Positions 45,114 through 55,045 are shown, counted from the first letter of the stretch. The stretch: DNA of 64,000 bases from an uncultured Planctomycetota bacterium (GCA_963823665.1 CAWGMQ010000003.1:1504001-1568000), one strand, 5' to 3'. The notes: a model not told the origin generated them from the sequence alone. A program made the numbers and translations.

Positions 45114-45521
45114 TCACTTACGGTTTCTTCTTCGCGCCGGCGCGGCGGCGGCTTTCTTGCGCTGGGCGCCATACTTGGAGCGGGCTTGTTTTCGCTCGGC
45201 CACGCCCTGGCAGTCGAGCACGCCTCGCACAATGTGGTAGCGGACTCCGGGCAGGTCGCGCACGCGGCCGCCACGCACCAGCACGATCGAGTGCTCCTGG
45301 AGGTTGTGCCCCTCGCCGCCGATATAGGCCGTGATCTCCTTGCCGTTCGAGAGCCGGACCCTGGCCACCTTGCGGAGGGCCGAGTTGGGCTTCTTGGGGG
45401 TCATCGTCTTGACCTGGAGGCACACCCCTCGCTTGAACGGCGAAGATTCGAGCACCGGCGCCTTGGTCTTGTATTTGACGGGACGCCGGGGCTTTCGGAC
45501 GAGCTGGTTGATCGTGGGCAT
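45114..45521 (-). CDS. rpsL: 30S ribosomal protein S12
   Basis: [43 protein letters not shown]. Confidence 0.99.
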   Translation of the reverse strand: MPTINQLVRKPRRPVKYKTKAPVLESSPFKRGVCLQVKTMTPKKPNSALRKVARVRLSNGKEITAYIGGEGHNLQEHSIVLVRGGRVRDLPGVRYHIVRGVLDCQGVAERKQARSKYGAQRKKAAAAPARRRNRK

Positions 45522-45764
45522 GAGTTCGTCGTTCCACTGGAGCCGCGGAAGCGGCGGCTAAATTGAGCTTGGTTCCACACCAAGGCGCCGCTAGGTTCAC
45601 GCCGGCGCGATCGATCAGGAGGCGAGCCTCCCGCTTATCCGAGGCGGGGGCCGGCCCGGCGCAATCTCGCTAGCACGCGATGCGCGGCCAGACGGTCCGA
45701 CCCGGCCGCAATCCTCGCTCGCCGTCGCCCGGCGCGCGTGCATCGACAAAATGCCGAAGCATTT

Positions 45765-45792
45765 AAGATACACCACCTTGGAGAATTGTCAA
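45765..45792 (-). promoter_or_regulatory. Candidate sigma70 promoter of rpsL-rpsG
   Basis: Minus strand TTGACA-N16-TATCTT in an AT-rich patch about 240 bp upstream of rpsL. Confidence 0.6.
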
Positions 45793-45887
45793 GCGGCTCG
45801 GGTGCGGCGGGCGGGGACGTCGGGGACGAGACGCGGTCGGGCGATGAGCGAGCGAGCTTTCACCGTAGCCGTAATCAGCGATCAGCG

Positions 45888-46310
45888 TTACCTCTCGGTC
45901 TCGATCGGCGAGACTTCGTTCATGATCCGCCGCCGCCACTTCGCGATGTCGGATTCGATTTCGAAGAGGAAGCGGCACGCGATCGGCTGCGGTGGTCGCT
46001 TGCCCTGTTCCCAGGATCTCAAGGTGTTGATGTTGACGCCGAGGAATCCGGCTAGCACGGCCTGACTCGCTCCGAGCAATTCTCGCACGCGCTTCACGTC
46101 TTGAGGCCGGTAAATGGGCGGGGCTTCTGGCAGCTTGTATGTGCGGACGGTTAGCCGATTGCTTTGCAGTCCTTCCGTCCGAAGGATTTCCGTTGCCTCG
46201 GTGATCGCTGATAGAATTCTCGAGCCGCTGGAACGCGGTTTCTCACGAGTTCGGCCGGGTGTCTTCGCGCCGGTTCCGGTTGCAACTCTTCCGTTTGGAG
46301 GCCTCATCAT
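45888..46310 (-). CDS. higA: HigA-like Cro/C1 HTH antitoxin
   Basis: VKRVRELLGASQAVLAGFLGVNINTLRSWEQGKRPP; lies downstream of the toxin. Confidence 0.85.
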   Translation of the reverse strand: MMRPPNGRVATGTGAKTPGRTREKPRSSGSRILSAITEATEILRTEGLQSNRLTVRTYKLPEAPPIYRPQDVKRVRELLGASQAVLAGFLGVNINTLRSWEQGKRPPQPIACRFLFEIESDIAKWRRRIMNEVSPIETER

Positions 46311-46319
46311 TTTCCCCTT

Positions 46320-46703
46320 TCAATTTCGAATCTGAAACTGGCGGCGAAGTTGCGTCTCAAACTCTTTGAGTGCCTTCGCAATAGCTCGCGCCTCTGCCAT
46401 GGTCAGGTCGGGCCGCTCCTTCTTACCGAAAACAACGAACAGAGCAATGGTCCCGTACATCGGAAAATAGCTGTAACAAACACGATACGCGCCGCTTTTG
46501 CCCATTCTTGAACCAGGCGGACTGAATCGTAGCTTCCTCAAGCCCCCGGTGCCTTCAAGGACAGGTGCGCTGTCAGGCGACTCAATCAATTCGTTTTCGA
46601 GCGCACGGAGAGCCTCGTCACCAAGTCTCAACCGTTGCCAATCTCTCGAGAACGCCGGGAAATGGACGAAACGCAACAGTTTTCGTGAACGGCGCTCCGG
46701 CAA
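46320..46703 (-). CDS. higB: HigB2/RelE-family toxin
   Basis: GTGGLRKLRF...GKSGAYRVCY...FGKKERPDL; toxin-first gene order. Confidence 0.87.
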   Translation of the reverse strand: MPERRSRKLLRFVHFPAFSRDWQRLRLGDEALRALENELIESPDSAPVLEGTGGLRKLRFSPPGSRMGKSGAYRVCYSYFPMYGTIALFVVFGKKERPDLTMAEARAIAKALKEFETQLRRQFQIRN

Positions 46704-46886
46704 TCCCGCTTTCTCCTGAAGTCACGAGATCAGTGCCCGCAACTGTAGTACAGCGTACCATATCGATAGAATCGTTGCGAAGCAGCGGTCCTCGAGCTCT
46801 CGTTCATTCTTGCGGAAATGGGCGTTTTGGAACCACTCTTACACCTTGCTCTGACCGCACCCTCAACCAGCCAGGCTACTTCCACC

Positions 46887-48158
46887 ATGAGCCCATTCGA
46901 GCCCTCCCGACGTTCGTTTTTGAAAACCCTGGCCGCAATCGCCGGGACAACGCACCTCACTCACGGTTCGCTACAGGCGCAATCGGGACAAGCCGACCAA
47001 CCACTTCTCGCCTACGTCGGAACCTTCAGCTCTCCGCTGCGCGATGTGTTGCCGACTCAGGTTGATCTCCCGCCCGGCAATGGTCGCGGGATTCACGTCT
47101 TTCTGGTGAATCGCGAGACCGGGGCCATGACGCCGGCTGGAGTCCACGAGATGGGCACGAGCCCGAGCTGTCTTGCTTTGAATACCTCGGGTACCCGCCT
47201 TTATTCCGCCAATGAAACGGATCGGGTGGGGGAACACAAGGAAGGCACGGTCAGTGTATTCGCGATCAATCGAACAAACGGGAAACTCGAGCTGCTCAAC
47301 GCCGTGCCCTCCGGCGGCGCGGGGCCAACGTTCGTGAGCATCGTTCCGTCCGGCCGCTTCGTGCTGGTGGCCAACTATTTCGGCGGGTCCGTCGCCGTGC
47401 TGCCGATTCTCCACGACGGCCGCCTGGGCGCAGCCACCGATGTCAAGAACGATGCCGGCAAGATTGGGCCGACCAGGGCGACGAATGCTCCACCGGGGGG
47501 CTTTGCGAAGAGCGGACATGACCGGACTCACGCGCACATGATCCAGGCCGATCCATCGGGACGCTTCGTGCTGCACGCAGACCTAGGCCTGGATCAGATC
47601 TTCATCTGGAAGCTCGACGAACAAAAGGGCGTGCTAACACCGGGTGATCCGCCTGCCGCTTCGCTGCCACCCGGAGACGGGCCGCGGCACTTCTGTTTTC
47701 ACCCCAATGGCCGCTGGTTTTACTCGATTCAGGAGGAAGCCTCGACCATCGTCTTGTTTGACTACGATGCCGCACGAGGTCGATTGACCTCACGACAGAC
47801 GATCTCCACCCTTCCACACGGGTTTGTTGGAACGAACTTCTGCTCCGAGATCCTGGTTTCCGGCGATGGCCGGTTCGTCTACGCCGGCAACCGGCTGCAC
47901 GACAGCATCGGGGTCTTTTCCATCGGGCCTGACGGTACCCTGACCTTTGCCGGAGAAGAATGGACGCGAGGAGACTATCCGCGCAGCTTCAACTTCGATC
48001 CCAGCGGCAAGTTCTTTTACTGTTGCAATCAGCGAGGCGACAACATCACCGTCTTCCGCGTGGATCAGAAAACCGGCGGCCTCCAGTTCACCGGCCATTA
48101 CGTGCCCGTCGGCAATCCTTCGAGCATCGTTTTCGCCGATCTTGCAAATTCCAAGTAG
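46887..48158 (+). CDS. Tat-exported lactonase (6-phosphogluconolactonase/beta-propeller family)
   Basis: SRRSFLK Tat motif; YVGT, VANY, HAH, DLGLD, GPRH, NRLHDSI, PRSF. Confidence 0.92.
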   Translation: MSPFEPSRRSFLKTLAAIAGTTHLTHGSLQAQSGQADQPLLAYVGTFSSPLRDVLPTQVDLPPGNGRGIHVFLVNRETGAMTPAGVHEMGTSPSCLALNTSGTRLYSANETDRVGEHKEGTVSVFAINRTNGKLELLNAVPSGGAGPTFVSIVPSGRFVLVANYFGGSVAVLPILHDGRLGAATDVKNDAGKIGPTRATNAPPGGFAKSGHDRTHAHMIQADPSGRFVLHADLGLDQIFIWKLDEQKGVLTPGDPPAASLPPGDGPRHFCFHPNGRWFYSIQEEASTIVLFDYDAARGRLTSRQTISTLPHGFVGTNFCSEILVSGDGRFVYAGNRLHDSIGVFSIGPDGTLTFAGEEWTRGDYPRSFNFDPSGKFFYCCNQRGDNITVFRVDQKTGGLQFTGHYVPVGNPSSIVFADLANSK

Positions 48159-48213
48159 TAGGCACACTCCGCGTGCCGTTCATTAGTAACGGCACACGGA
48201 GTGTGCCTACTAC
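48155..48213. repeat. Inverted REP pair (REPIN-like), possibly acting as a terminator
   Basis: GTAGTAGGCACACTCCGCGTGCCGTT and its inverted copy (25/26 match) separated by 7 bp. Confidence 0.8.
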
Positions 48214-48398
48214 GAAGACTCGACCGCGATGTCAAAATGATAAGCTGCCACCGAAATCGGAATTCAAAAAAATCTGTCGCGAAGTCGAATCTCGCCCCCA
48301 CCGAACGACTACTCGCTGTTCAGAGCGGAGCGAGGGCCGATTTCGCTGAGCGAAATCGTGGTGATCGTCCGTCTTCAAGTCAAAAGGAGATTGCAACC

Positions 48399-49273
48399 AT
48401 GCGATTCATGATGCTGCTCAAAGCCACGAAGGACTTCGAGGCGGGTGCTCGGCCCGACGAGAAGCTCCTGTCCGAGATGGCCAACTGGTCAGAGGAGCTG
48501 ATGAAGGCCGGCGCACGGCTGGAGGCTGGGAGACTCCAGCCAAGCTCGACGGCCGTGCGCGTCCGTTACGCCGACGCCAAGTTTACGCTGACTGACGGGC
48601 CTTTCGCCGAGTCAAAGGAGCTGATCGCCGGCTTCTGTCTGATCCACGCGAAATCGTTGGACGAAGCGATCGAATGGACCAAGCGGGTCCCGTTTCAGGA
48701 AGGCGAGATCGAGCTTCGACCGCTGTACGAACTGTTCGACTTCCCGGTCGATCCCGCGGAGAAACCCGATGGTTGCGCGAGAAGGAGGAGCAGTCCCGCG
48801 CCGCCCCGCCCGCACGGAAGCCCGGAACGACGCGTTATATGGGCATGATCAAGGCCGACAGGGACACCGAGGCGGGCGCGCTCCCGGACGAGAAGGGTCT
48901 GGCCACCATGGGAGCGTTCCTTGAGGAAGGGCTCAAGGCCGGCGTATTCCTCGAGGGCGAGGGGCTGAAGCCGACATCGAAGGGCGCGCGTGTCGAGTTC
49001 GACGGAAGCAAGCGCACGGTGACCGACGGACCGTTCGCGGAAACGAAAGAGCTGATCGCCGGCTACGCGATCCTGCAGTTCGCGTCGAAGGCCGAGGCGA
49101 TCGAGTGGACCAAGCGGTTCGTGCAGGTTGACGCCCCGTTGCGCCTTGGTGGAGAGAGCGTGTGCGAGATCCGTCCCTTCTTCGAGTTCGAGGAATTCGG
49201 AGAGAGCGCGGCGACCAAACGCTTTCGCGAGGCGGGAGTGGGCGTTCCAGGAGCTGGCGGCCAGCTTGCGTGA
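48399..49273 (+). CDS. YciI/DGPF-family protein with two tandem domains (frameshift near 48772)
   Basis: DGPFAESKELIAG and DGPFAETKELIAG; SD AAGGAG. Confidence 0.85.
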
Positions 49274-49308
49274 AATACCTGTGGCTCAAAACGCAGGGGA
49301 ATCGAGAC

Positions 49309-52300
49309 CTACTCCTTCGGAAGACTGCGAATCAGCGATTCGATGTCGGCATCCGAAAGATTCCGCGTTGTCAGCTTCAGCATCTTTCGCAAATGCTCGG
49401 TACCTTCAAAGCTTCCGGACGGGTCGCCGATGTTGCCGAGCGGGCCGATGCTGTTGATCAGCTCTTTGCCGTCGGCGTCCAGAATGGCGTGGCATGGGAC
49501 TCCCTGGCCGTGGAACTTAAGCGAGCGGCTTAGCTCTTCTCCGCCAGAATCGATGCCATCATCGAACTTGAAGAGGACGTAGTCCTTTGCCAGCAAGTCT
49601 CGCTGGGAATCGAGCCAGCGCGAAAAACTGAAGCAGGGAGCACAGCGAGTCTGGCCGACGCACACCCACAGGCGGCGATGCGATCGCTTGGCTTCCGCGA
49701 GTGCCGCGTCGTAGCCCGCTTTCGCATCGCGTTTCTTGGGGAGATGCGTCTTGAGGAAGGCAGCCACCTCCTTCGCCGCAGCTTGGTCATTGCTGACATT
49801 CACACTCAGCCGGCCCAGCTCCTTGCCAACGCCATTGAGCGCGGCCAGGAAGAGGGAGCCCGGCTCGGGGAACGGCCAGTTGCGGGCGGCAAAGTACGCA
49901 CGCCGATCGGGTACATTCGCGGCTTCTCGCCCGCTCAACAAAAGTGGGAGGTAGGAATAGATGTCCTCGTTCTCCTCGTCGGTCTCGTCGTCGTTCGTTT
50001 CGGGAAACAAGTGGGCCTTGGTGAAGGAAGCCGCCGCATCGCCCGCGCCGCACACGATGACCAAAGCGTGGATCCCGGCCAGACGACAATCACGCAGAGT
50101 GTCCGACAGGGCCAGCTCGAGCGGTTTCGGCTCGCCCGCGCCGAGCCGGATCGTTTCCGGAGGACGCGTTTGGCCGGGCTCGAAGTACTTTTGTCCGACA
50201 AATGAGGAATTCGTCTCACCGGGTCGAGTGAGCCAGATCGAAAGCTCCATCCGCTGCGGTGCGTTCGGAATGACGAAGTAACCCTTCGCATCGGTGATAG
50301 TCGTCCGATCACTGAATAATTCGACATATTGCTTTTCGAAGTCCGCAGTTCCTGGGGGATACTCGCGGCCGCGATCAACCAGCCTTGCCGTCATTCCGAT
50401 CGTCACGCTTGGGAGTGGCTGGTCGTCTGATCCCAAGACTCGCCCTGCGTAGCGAACTGTGGGATGCATGGGAATCTCGATCACTCGTTCGCCAACATCG
50501 ACAATTCCACATCCGAAGAACTCTTCTCCGGGCGAGGAGGCCAGGATGCTGACGCGGCCCGCGATGATGGCGGCGGAAAAGTGTCCGTCTCCATCCGACG
50601 TCACGGTGGCTGCGTCTGTTGATTCGCCATCCATTCCCGCGATTGCGACCGACGTCTTGCTCAAATCCACGGCCACGCCGGGAGGCAGAACGAGCCTGGC
50701 GCGGATTGTTCGCTTCTCTGCAAACTGGCGATGCATGTGGATCTTGGCGGGCTCGCCCTCGACGATCTGGATCGTCTTTTCCTGATTCCAATCTCCATCG
50801 CTCGCTCGAACCTTCATCTCACCGGCGGCAACGGATGCGACGCACCGGCCGTGTTCATCGGTCTTGCCCCAGAATTCGGGGCCAATCTTGTGATGGTGCG
50901 CTGCTACGAAGAGTACGTAGGCATTCTGCATCGGTTTCTGATCGCGCCCCGTCGTGACGTGCACTTCCACAGGCACGCCCTTTGCCACAGTCAGCTCCGG
51001 GGTCCGGATCGTGGCACGATCCGGGCTTACAATGACGCCGTCCCATAGATTGCTTACCAGGTCGCGATCAATCACGAAGACTTTATATCGACTACCCGGC
51101 AAGACGTTTACTGAGAAACGGCCATTCCCGTCGCATCGCGCGAAGAAACCGTCCCATTCGCCGTCATCTTCGCCCTGGTCGCTCAACAATTCGATCAGCA
51201 GCCCGGAAACGTCGATTGCCGTGCCAGACAATCGACCTTGCACGGGCACGCGCTTGTTTGTGAGTGCACGGGGTGAAGGGACGACTTCGAATTCACGCAC
51301 TACATCTGGTGATTGTTTGGGAACGCGATCTCTCGTTTCGCGCCAGGGACTGTTTTCGGCGACACGGACCGGGAAGCGCTCTTTCGGCCAGTTGGGCACC
51401 CAGGCGAAGACGGCTTCGCCGCGCGCATTTGTGATCTGGCGCGATGTCGGGTTGTCACCGACAAACATCTCGTTCTGTCCTCTCATCCACGCGAGGAACA
51501 CGAGCGGGACATTGGCGACGGGTTGCTGCCGTGCATCGACCGCTCGCACCCGCACCGGCTCACCGTGACTGATTTCGATGTGGAACTCGGTGCCGGACGG
51601 ATTCTTGTTGGGTTTGGGAGCTGTCCACAAGCCACCGATCCGGTGATCGTCGGACCACGCGACGATGGGATAGCCGCTTCCGTCGTGCGCGATCTTCAGC
51701 TCGGCGACACCGTCCGAGCGCGTGATGCCCAAGTATTTGTACATCCCCGCAGAAACCTGAACATGACAGTCCGCGACAGCTCGTTCGCCGTCCGTCACCT
51801 TTACCTTGATGAACTTGGCCGGAGCCAGGGTGATTCGTTTCTGACCGGCGCACTCGCTTCGGAGTGTGCGGCTCTCCATCTCCAGAAGGCCCTGAAAATT
51901 CCAGTCGGGAGTTCGGAATAGGATGACCGCTGGATTTACCTTCGTGCCTTCGGTCTTGATCTCGAATCGCCCCTCGTTGATCGTGGCTCTTACATCGCTG
52001 GCTTCATTCTCGGGTGATTGTTCGAGTACTGCGTCTTGCGCGACTGATCCATCGGGCAAGAACACCCTGCCACGCATCGTGAGGAAACCCTGCTCGTCTA
52101 TTGCGGCAGGCGTGAGTTGCTCTGGCTCGCCGGCAGACTTTTTCTTCGCTACGGGGGCGGTGGTCTCTCTTGCCCGTGCGACTCTCGGAGACGCCGCTTC
52201 CTGCTCGTTTCTGTTCGCTCTGCTTGGCCGGAGCGCTGCGAGAAGGATCACGAGCGGCATACCCACCAGAAGAATCGTTGCTAGAGCCGGCCGTGAGATG

Positions 52301-53373
52301 CGGGGCGTCAAGGGCCTCGACAGATCCAGCAAGGCACGCACACGTGGGCCGACCTTGCTGCTCCTGGCCATCGCAATTCCCGGTTGAAGCGTCGCGTCAT
52401 TCCGATTGGCGGCGGCAACTTCCACCAGGTATCGGGCGTAGACCAGTCGATCGCCGACCGCGAGCGCCGCGGCCTCATCGCAGGCCAGCTCGGCGAGCCG
52501 GTTCAGTTGCCGCTTGGTCCACCAGCTTACGGGATGAAACCAGTAGAAGAGCGTCACCAGCTCCGCGAGCAAGCTCAAACTCGTATCGCGGCGGCGAAGA
52601 TGAGACTGCTCGTGCGACAAGACGGCCGCGCGTTTGGCATCGGTCCACTCCCGCCAGGAGCGAGGCAGCAAAATGCAAGGCCGCCACCAGCCGGCGACCA
52701 CGGGGCTTTCAATCTGCGCGCTCTCGCGAACAGTTATCCCGGGGGGAAAGCAACGGTCCGTGACCGAAAGAGCGGCTCGCTCGATCCGCAGCGTCCGAAA
52801 CACAGCGATCAACAACCGGGCGAGCATGACACCCACACCGCTGAGCCAGACCATTGATCCGAGCACGAATAACGACGCGCGCCGGAAGAACCATCGAGAA
52901 AGGCTGCTGGCGGCCGGCGATGCCGCTTGGCTTCGGCCATCAGGTTCAATCGACGCGGTGCCCGATGGCAGACTGCCGTTTCTCACATGGCCCATCCGGA
53001 TTTCCGCCGATGGAATGCCGGGGGAATCTTGCCCGCGAGTGTTCGATGCCTGACCGGGGAAGACCGTGATCTGGGCATTCAAGCCCCCTGCCCCGGAATC
53101 GGCGGACGACTGCCGACTTTTGGCTTGATCGGAACTGACCGCTGGCACTCCAAGTGGCAGCGACCAGGATGGTCCTACATGAGCCAGGATGGGAAGCATC
53201 ACCAATCCCAGCAGCACGACGGTCCAGACGCGATGCTCTTCATGAACCGACATCCGCCGAAACGTGCGGATCGCCAGCATGGCCAGCATCCACAGCAGGA
53301 TCGCCTTGAGAGAAGCATCAAAGAGTATGAACACAATCTGCGTTGAAATCCGTTCCAGCATGATTGTTCTCAC
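49309..53373 (-). CDS. BlaR1-like M56 metallopeptidase with carboxypeptidase-regulatory-like repeats and C-terminal thioredoxin-like domains
   Basis: HEQSHLRRRD, YWFHP, ELACD; repeated T(D)xxG motifs; CAPC near the C-terminus. Confidence 0.9.
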   Translation of the reverse strand: MRTIMLERISTQIVFILFDASLKAILLWMLAMLAIRTFRRMSVHEEHRVWTVVLLGLVMLPILAHVGPSWSLPLGVPAVSSDQAKSRQSSADSGAGGLNAQITVFPGQASNTRGQDSPGIPSAEIRMGHVRNGSLPSGTASIEPDGRSQAASPAASSLSRWFFRRASLFVLGSMVWLSGVGVMLARLLIAVFRTLRIERAALSVTDRCFPPGITVRESAQIESPVVAGWWRPCILLPRSWREWTDAKRAAVLSHEQSHLRRRDTSLSLLAELVTLFYWFHPVSWWTKRQLNRLAELACDEAAALAVGDRLVYARYLVEVAAANRNDATLQPGIAMARSSKVGPRVRALLDLSRPLTPRISRPALATILLVGMPLVILLAALRPSRANRNEQEAASPRVARARETTAPVAKKKSAGEPEQLTPAAIDEQGFLTMRGRVFLPDGSVAQDAVLEQSPENEASDVRATINEGRFEIKTEGTKVNPAVILFRTPDWNFQGLLEMESRTLRSECAGQKRITLAPAKFIKVKVTDGERAVADCHVQVSAGMYKYLGITRSDGVAELKIAHDGSGYPIVAWSDDHRIGGLWTAPKPNKNPSGTEFHIEISHGEPVRVRAVDARQQPVANVPLVFLAWMRGQNEMFVGDNPTSRQITNARGEAVFAWVPNWPKERFPVRVAENSPWRETRDRVPKQSPDVVREFEVVPSPRALTNKRVPVQGRLSGTAIDVSGLLIELLSDQGEDDGEWDGFFARCDGNGRFSVNVLPGSRYKVFVIDRDLVSNLWDGVIVSPDRATIRTPELTVAKGVPVEVHVTTGRDQKPMQNAYVLFVAAHHHKIGPEFWGKTDEHGRCVASVAAGEMKVRASDGDWNQEKTIQIVEGEPAKIHMHRQFAEKRTIRARLVLPPGVAVDLSKTSVAIAGMDGESTDAATVTSDGDGHFSAAIIAGRVSILASSPGEEFFGCGIVDVGERVIEIPMHPTVRYAGRVLGSDDQPLPSVTIGMTARLVDRGREYPPGTADFEKQYVELFSDRTTITDAKGYFVIPNAPQRMELSIWLTRPGETNSSFVGQKYFEPGQTRPPETIRLGAGEPKPLELALSDTLRDCRLAGIHALVIVCGAGDAAASFTKAHLFPETNDDETDEENEDIYSYLPLLLSGREAANVPDRRAYFAARNWPFPEPGSLFLAALNGVGKELGRLSVNVSNDQAAAKEVAAFLKTHLPKKRDAKAGYDAALAEAKRSHRRLWVCVGQTRCAPCFSFSRWLDSQRDLLAKDYVLFKFDDGIDSGGEELSRSLKFHGQGVPCHAILDADGKELINSIGPLGNIGDPSGSFEGTEHLRKMLKLTTRNLSDADIESLIRSLPKE

Positions 53374-53765
53374 TTTCGTTTCTTTTGCTTCCTCTCAATC
53401 TCTGCGGCGAGCTGCCTGAGCTCTTCCGCGGAAATCATACGGTCGTCTGCCATTCCAATCAGCAGACTGGGTAACGATCCCTGGCAAAACCGCTCGACGA
53501 CTCGTCGCACCGCCTGATTGGCCAGCTCCGACGGCTTCACCCTGGGCCGATAGACGAAGGTGCGGCCCTCCGTGGTGTGGGCCAGTATCCCCTTGGCTTC
53601 AATCCGCCGCAGGAGCGTTCGGACCGTGGAATCGGTCAGGTCGTGGTCACCCCGAAGCGCTTCGCGAATATCCTCAGCCCGCGCGCTGCCGAGACGCCAG
53701 ATCACAGCCATGATCTCGTTTTCGAGTGGACTCAGAACTGACTCGACGTGTTTTCGTTTGGCCAC
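53370..53765 (-). CDS. BlaI/MecI/CopY-family repressor
   Basis: LSPLENEIMAVIW, STVRTLLRRIEAKG, GRTFVYRP; overlaps the M56 start. Confidence 0.93.
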   Translation of the reverse strand: MAKRKHVESVLSPLENEIMAVIWRLGSARAEDIREALRGDHDLTDSTVRTLLRRIEAKGILAHTTEGRTFVYRPRVKPSELANQAVRRVVERFCQGSLPSLLIGMADDRMISAEELRQLAAEIERKQKKRK

Positions 53766-53791
53766 GGTTTCTCCATCGGTTCCGTCTGTGT

Positions 53792-53827
53792 GTTACAAAC
53801 GGTAACGTTACATATTGTCGCTGTCAA
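53792..53827 (-). promoter_or_regulatory. Promoter with overlapping BlaI-type operator
   Basis: Minus strand TTGACA-N17-TACCGT; palindrome GTTAC-N5-GTAAC (53792-53806) covers the -10, with a second GTTACA half-site adjacent. Confidence 0.7.
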
Positions 53828-54035
53828 GAGGCGCCTGGAGACTTGGTGCGATTTGGGTCCCGCTTCTGTAGAATGAATGTCAAGAGACTATCCGTGTTTA
53901 CGCGCACGACACCTTCCAGCAATGGGGCGCTGTCGGAATGGCGGATGGTCCGGGGTTGGCGAGAGTTTTGACACATGTGTATTTCGGGGCTGGTCAGCGA
54001 CGCCGTCGGACACAATCCGCAAGCGGAGGAGCGCC

Positions 54036-54694
54036 ATGAACAGGGAACGGCAGGTGACCGTACGCGGTGCTCCTGTGGCCATCGCAACGTGGCTTGAGAT
54101 GCTGGACGGCCCCATCACCTTGGGTTGGTCGCGTGCGGCCGACATCGAAAAAAAAGCAAGAGGGAAGCGCAGCAGCCGCTGGCCGATCTGTTTAGTCTGG
54201 TCGGGAAGCGGCGTCCATCCCCGGACGGCGGTCTTCCTGCAGCCCATTTCCGACGCCGAGGTCGGCGTGATGAGCCTCGTGGCGCTTGACCGCGGGGAGC
54301 TTGCCCCCGAAGACATTTCGGCGGTTCTGAAAGCCTTCCAGACGGCGCTCATTGCCCCTAGGGGCGACGAGCTCCAGCTAACAGACAGACTCAGCTCCGC
54401 CGGGCTGTCAGAACTGATCAGTCCGCAGGCTCAGGCCCGGTTCAGGGCTTTTGCCCACACGGCCAACAAGGCCGTGCCACACTCTGGCCTCGATCTGCCG
54501 CGCTGGTACACTTTCTCATCCAGCTCCATCGCGACGGGGCCACCCCGCCGCGCGAGACCCTTGAAACGGCTCTGAAGACAGAGACGTTCAGCCCCGAGGC
54601 CATCGGACAGTTGCTCGACGCTTATGAGCGTTCAGAGGATCTGCTGATCCGGTACGACGCGTTCGTCGGCTGGAGCGAGAACAGTCCTGCGTGA
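54036..54694 (+). CDS. Hypothetical protein (frameshift near 54512)
   Basis: SD GGAGG; FAHTANK...DLPRW continues in a shifted frame as FLIQLHRD...DLLIRYDAF. Confidence 0.55.
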
Positions 54695-54966
54695 ACGCGG
54701 CGGTCCAGCGTGTGTTCGACAGGAGGCGTCCGTCCCATAAGCGTGAAGTCAAGGATTCCATTCAATTGGAGCACTGCCTGGAGCTGGCGCGGCGGATTCG
54801 GCTCGAAGGGTTCGCTGAACAAATCATTTTCGCAAGCGCCAACAAGAACGACTACGGGCCGGCGGACGCGCAACAGCCACACCCCGATCTGCGGCCCGAT
54901 TTTGCAGCCGTGAACATGACCTATTTCGACAGCTTGGGCGATGCTGTCGTGCACCTCGGAATCTGA
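54691..54966 (+). pseudogene. C-terminal half of a PIN-like protein
   Basis: EVKDSIQLEHCL...IIFASANKNDY resembles the second half of PIN-like domains; there is no N-terminal DT motif. Confidence 0.5.
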
Positions 54967-55045
54967 CCGCGAATGGCAATCCGCGGCCAGACTTCCCGTG
55001 CCGACGTGATGAGAACCCGAAGGGCCGTCGGGAAGCGTGCCCGAG

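Noticed and set aside
45114..45160. Unusual basic C-terminal tail of S12 (APARRRNRK)
   Set aside because: An alternative frame gives GAKKKP*, so one indel could explain it; S12 tails also vary naturally.
35914..45521. Aminoglycoside cluster with rpsL as a self-resistance gene
   Set aside because: There is no cyclitol synthase or aminotransferase, and rpsL looks like the housekeeping copy with a probably lineage-wide Arg88.
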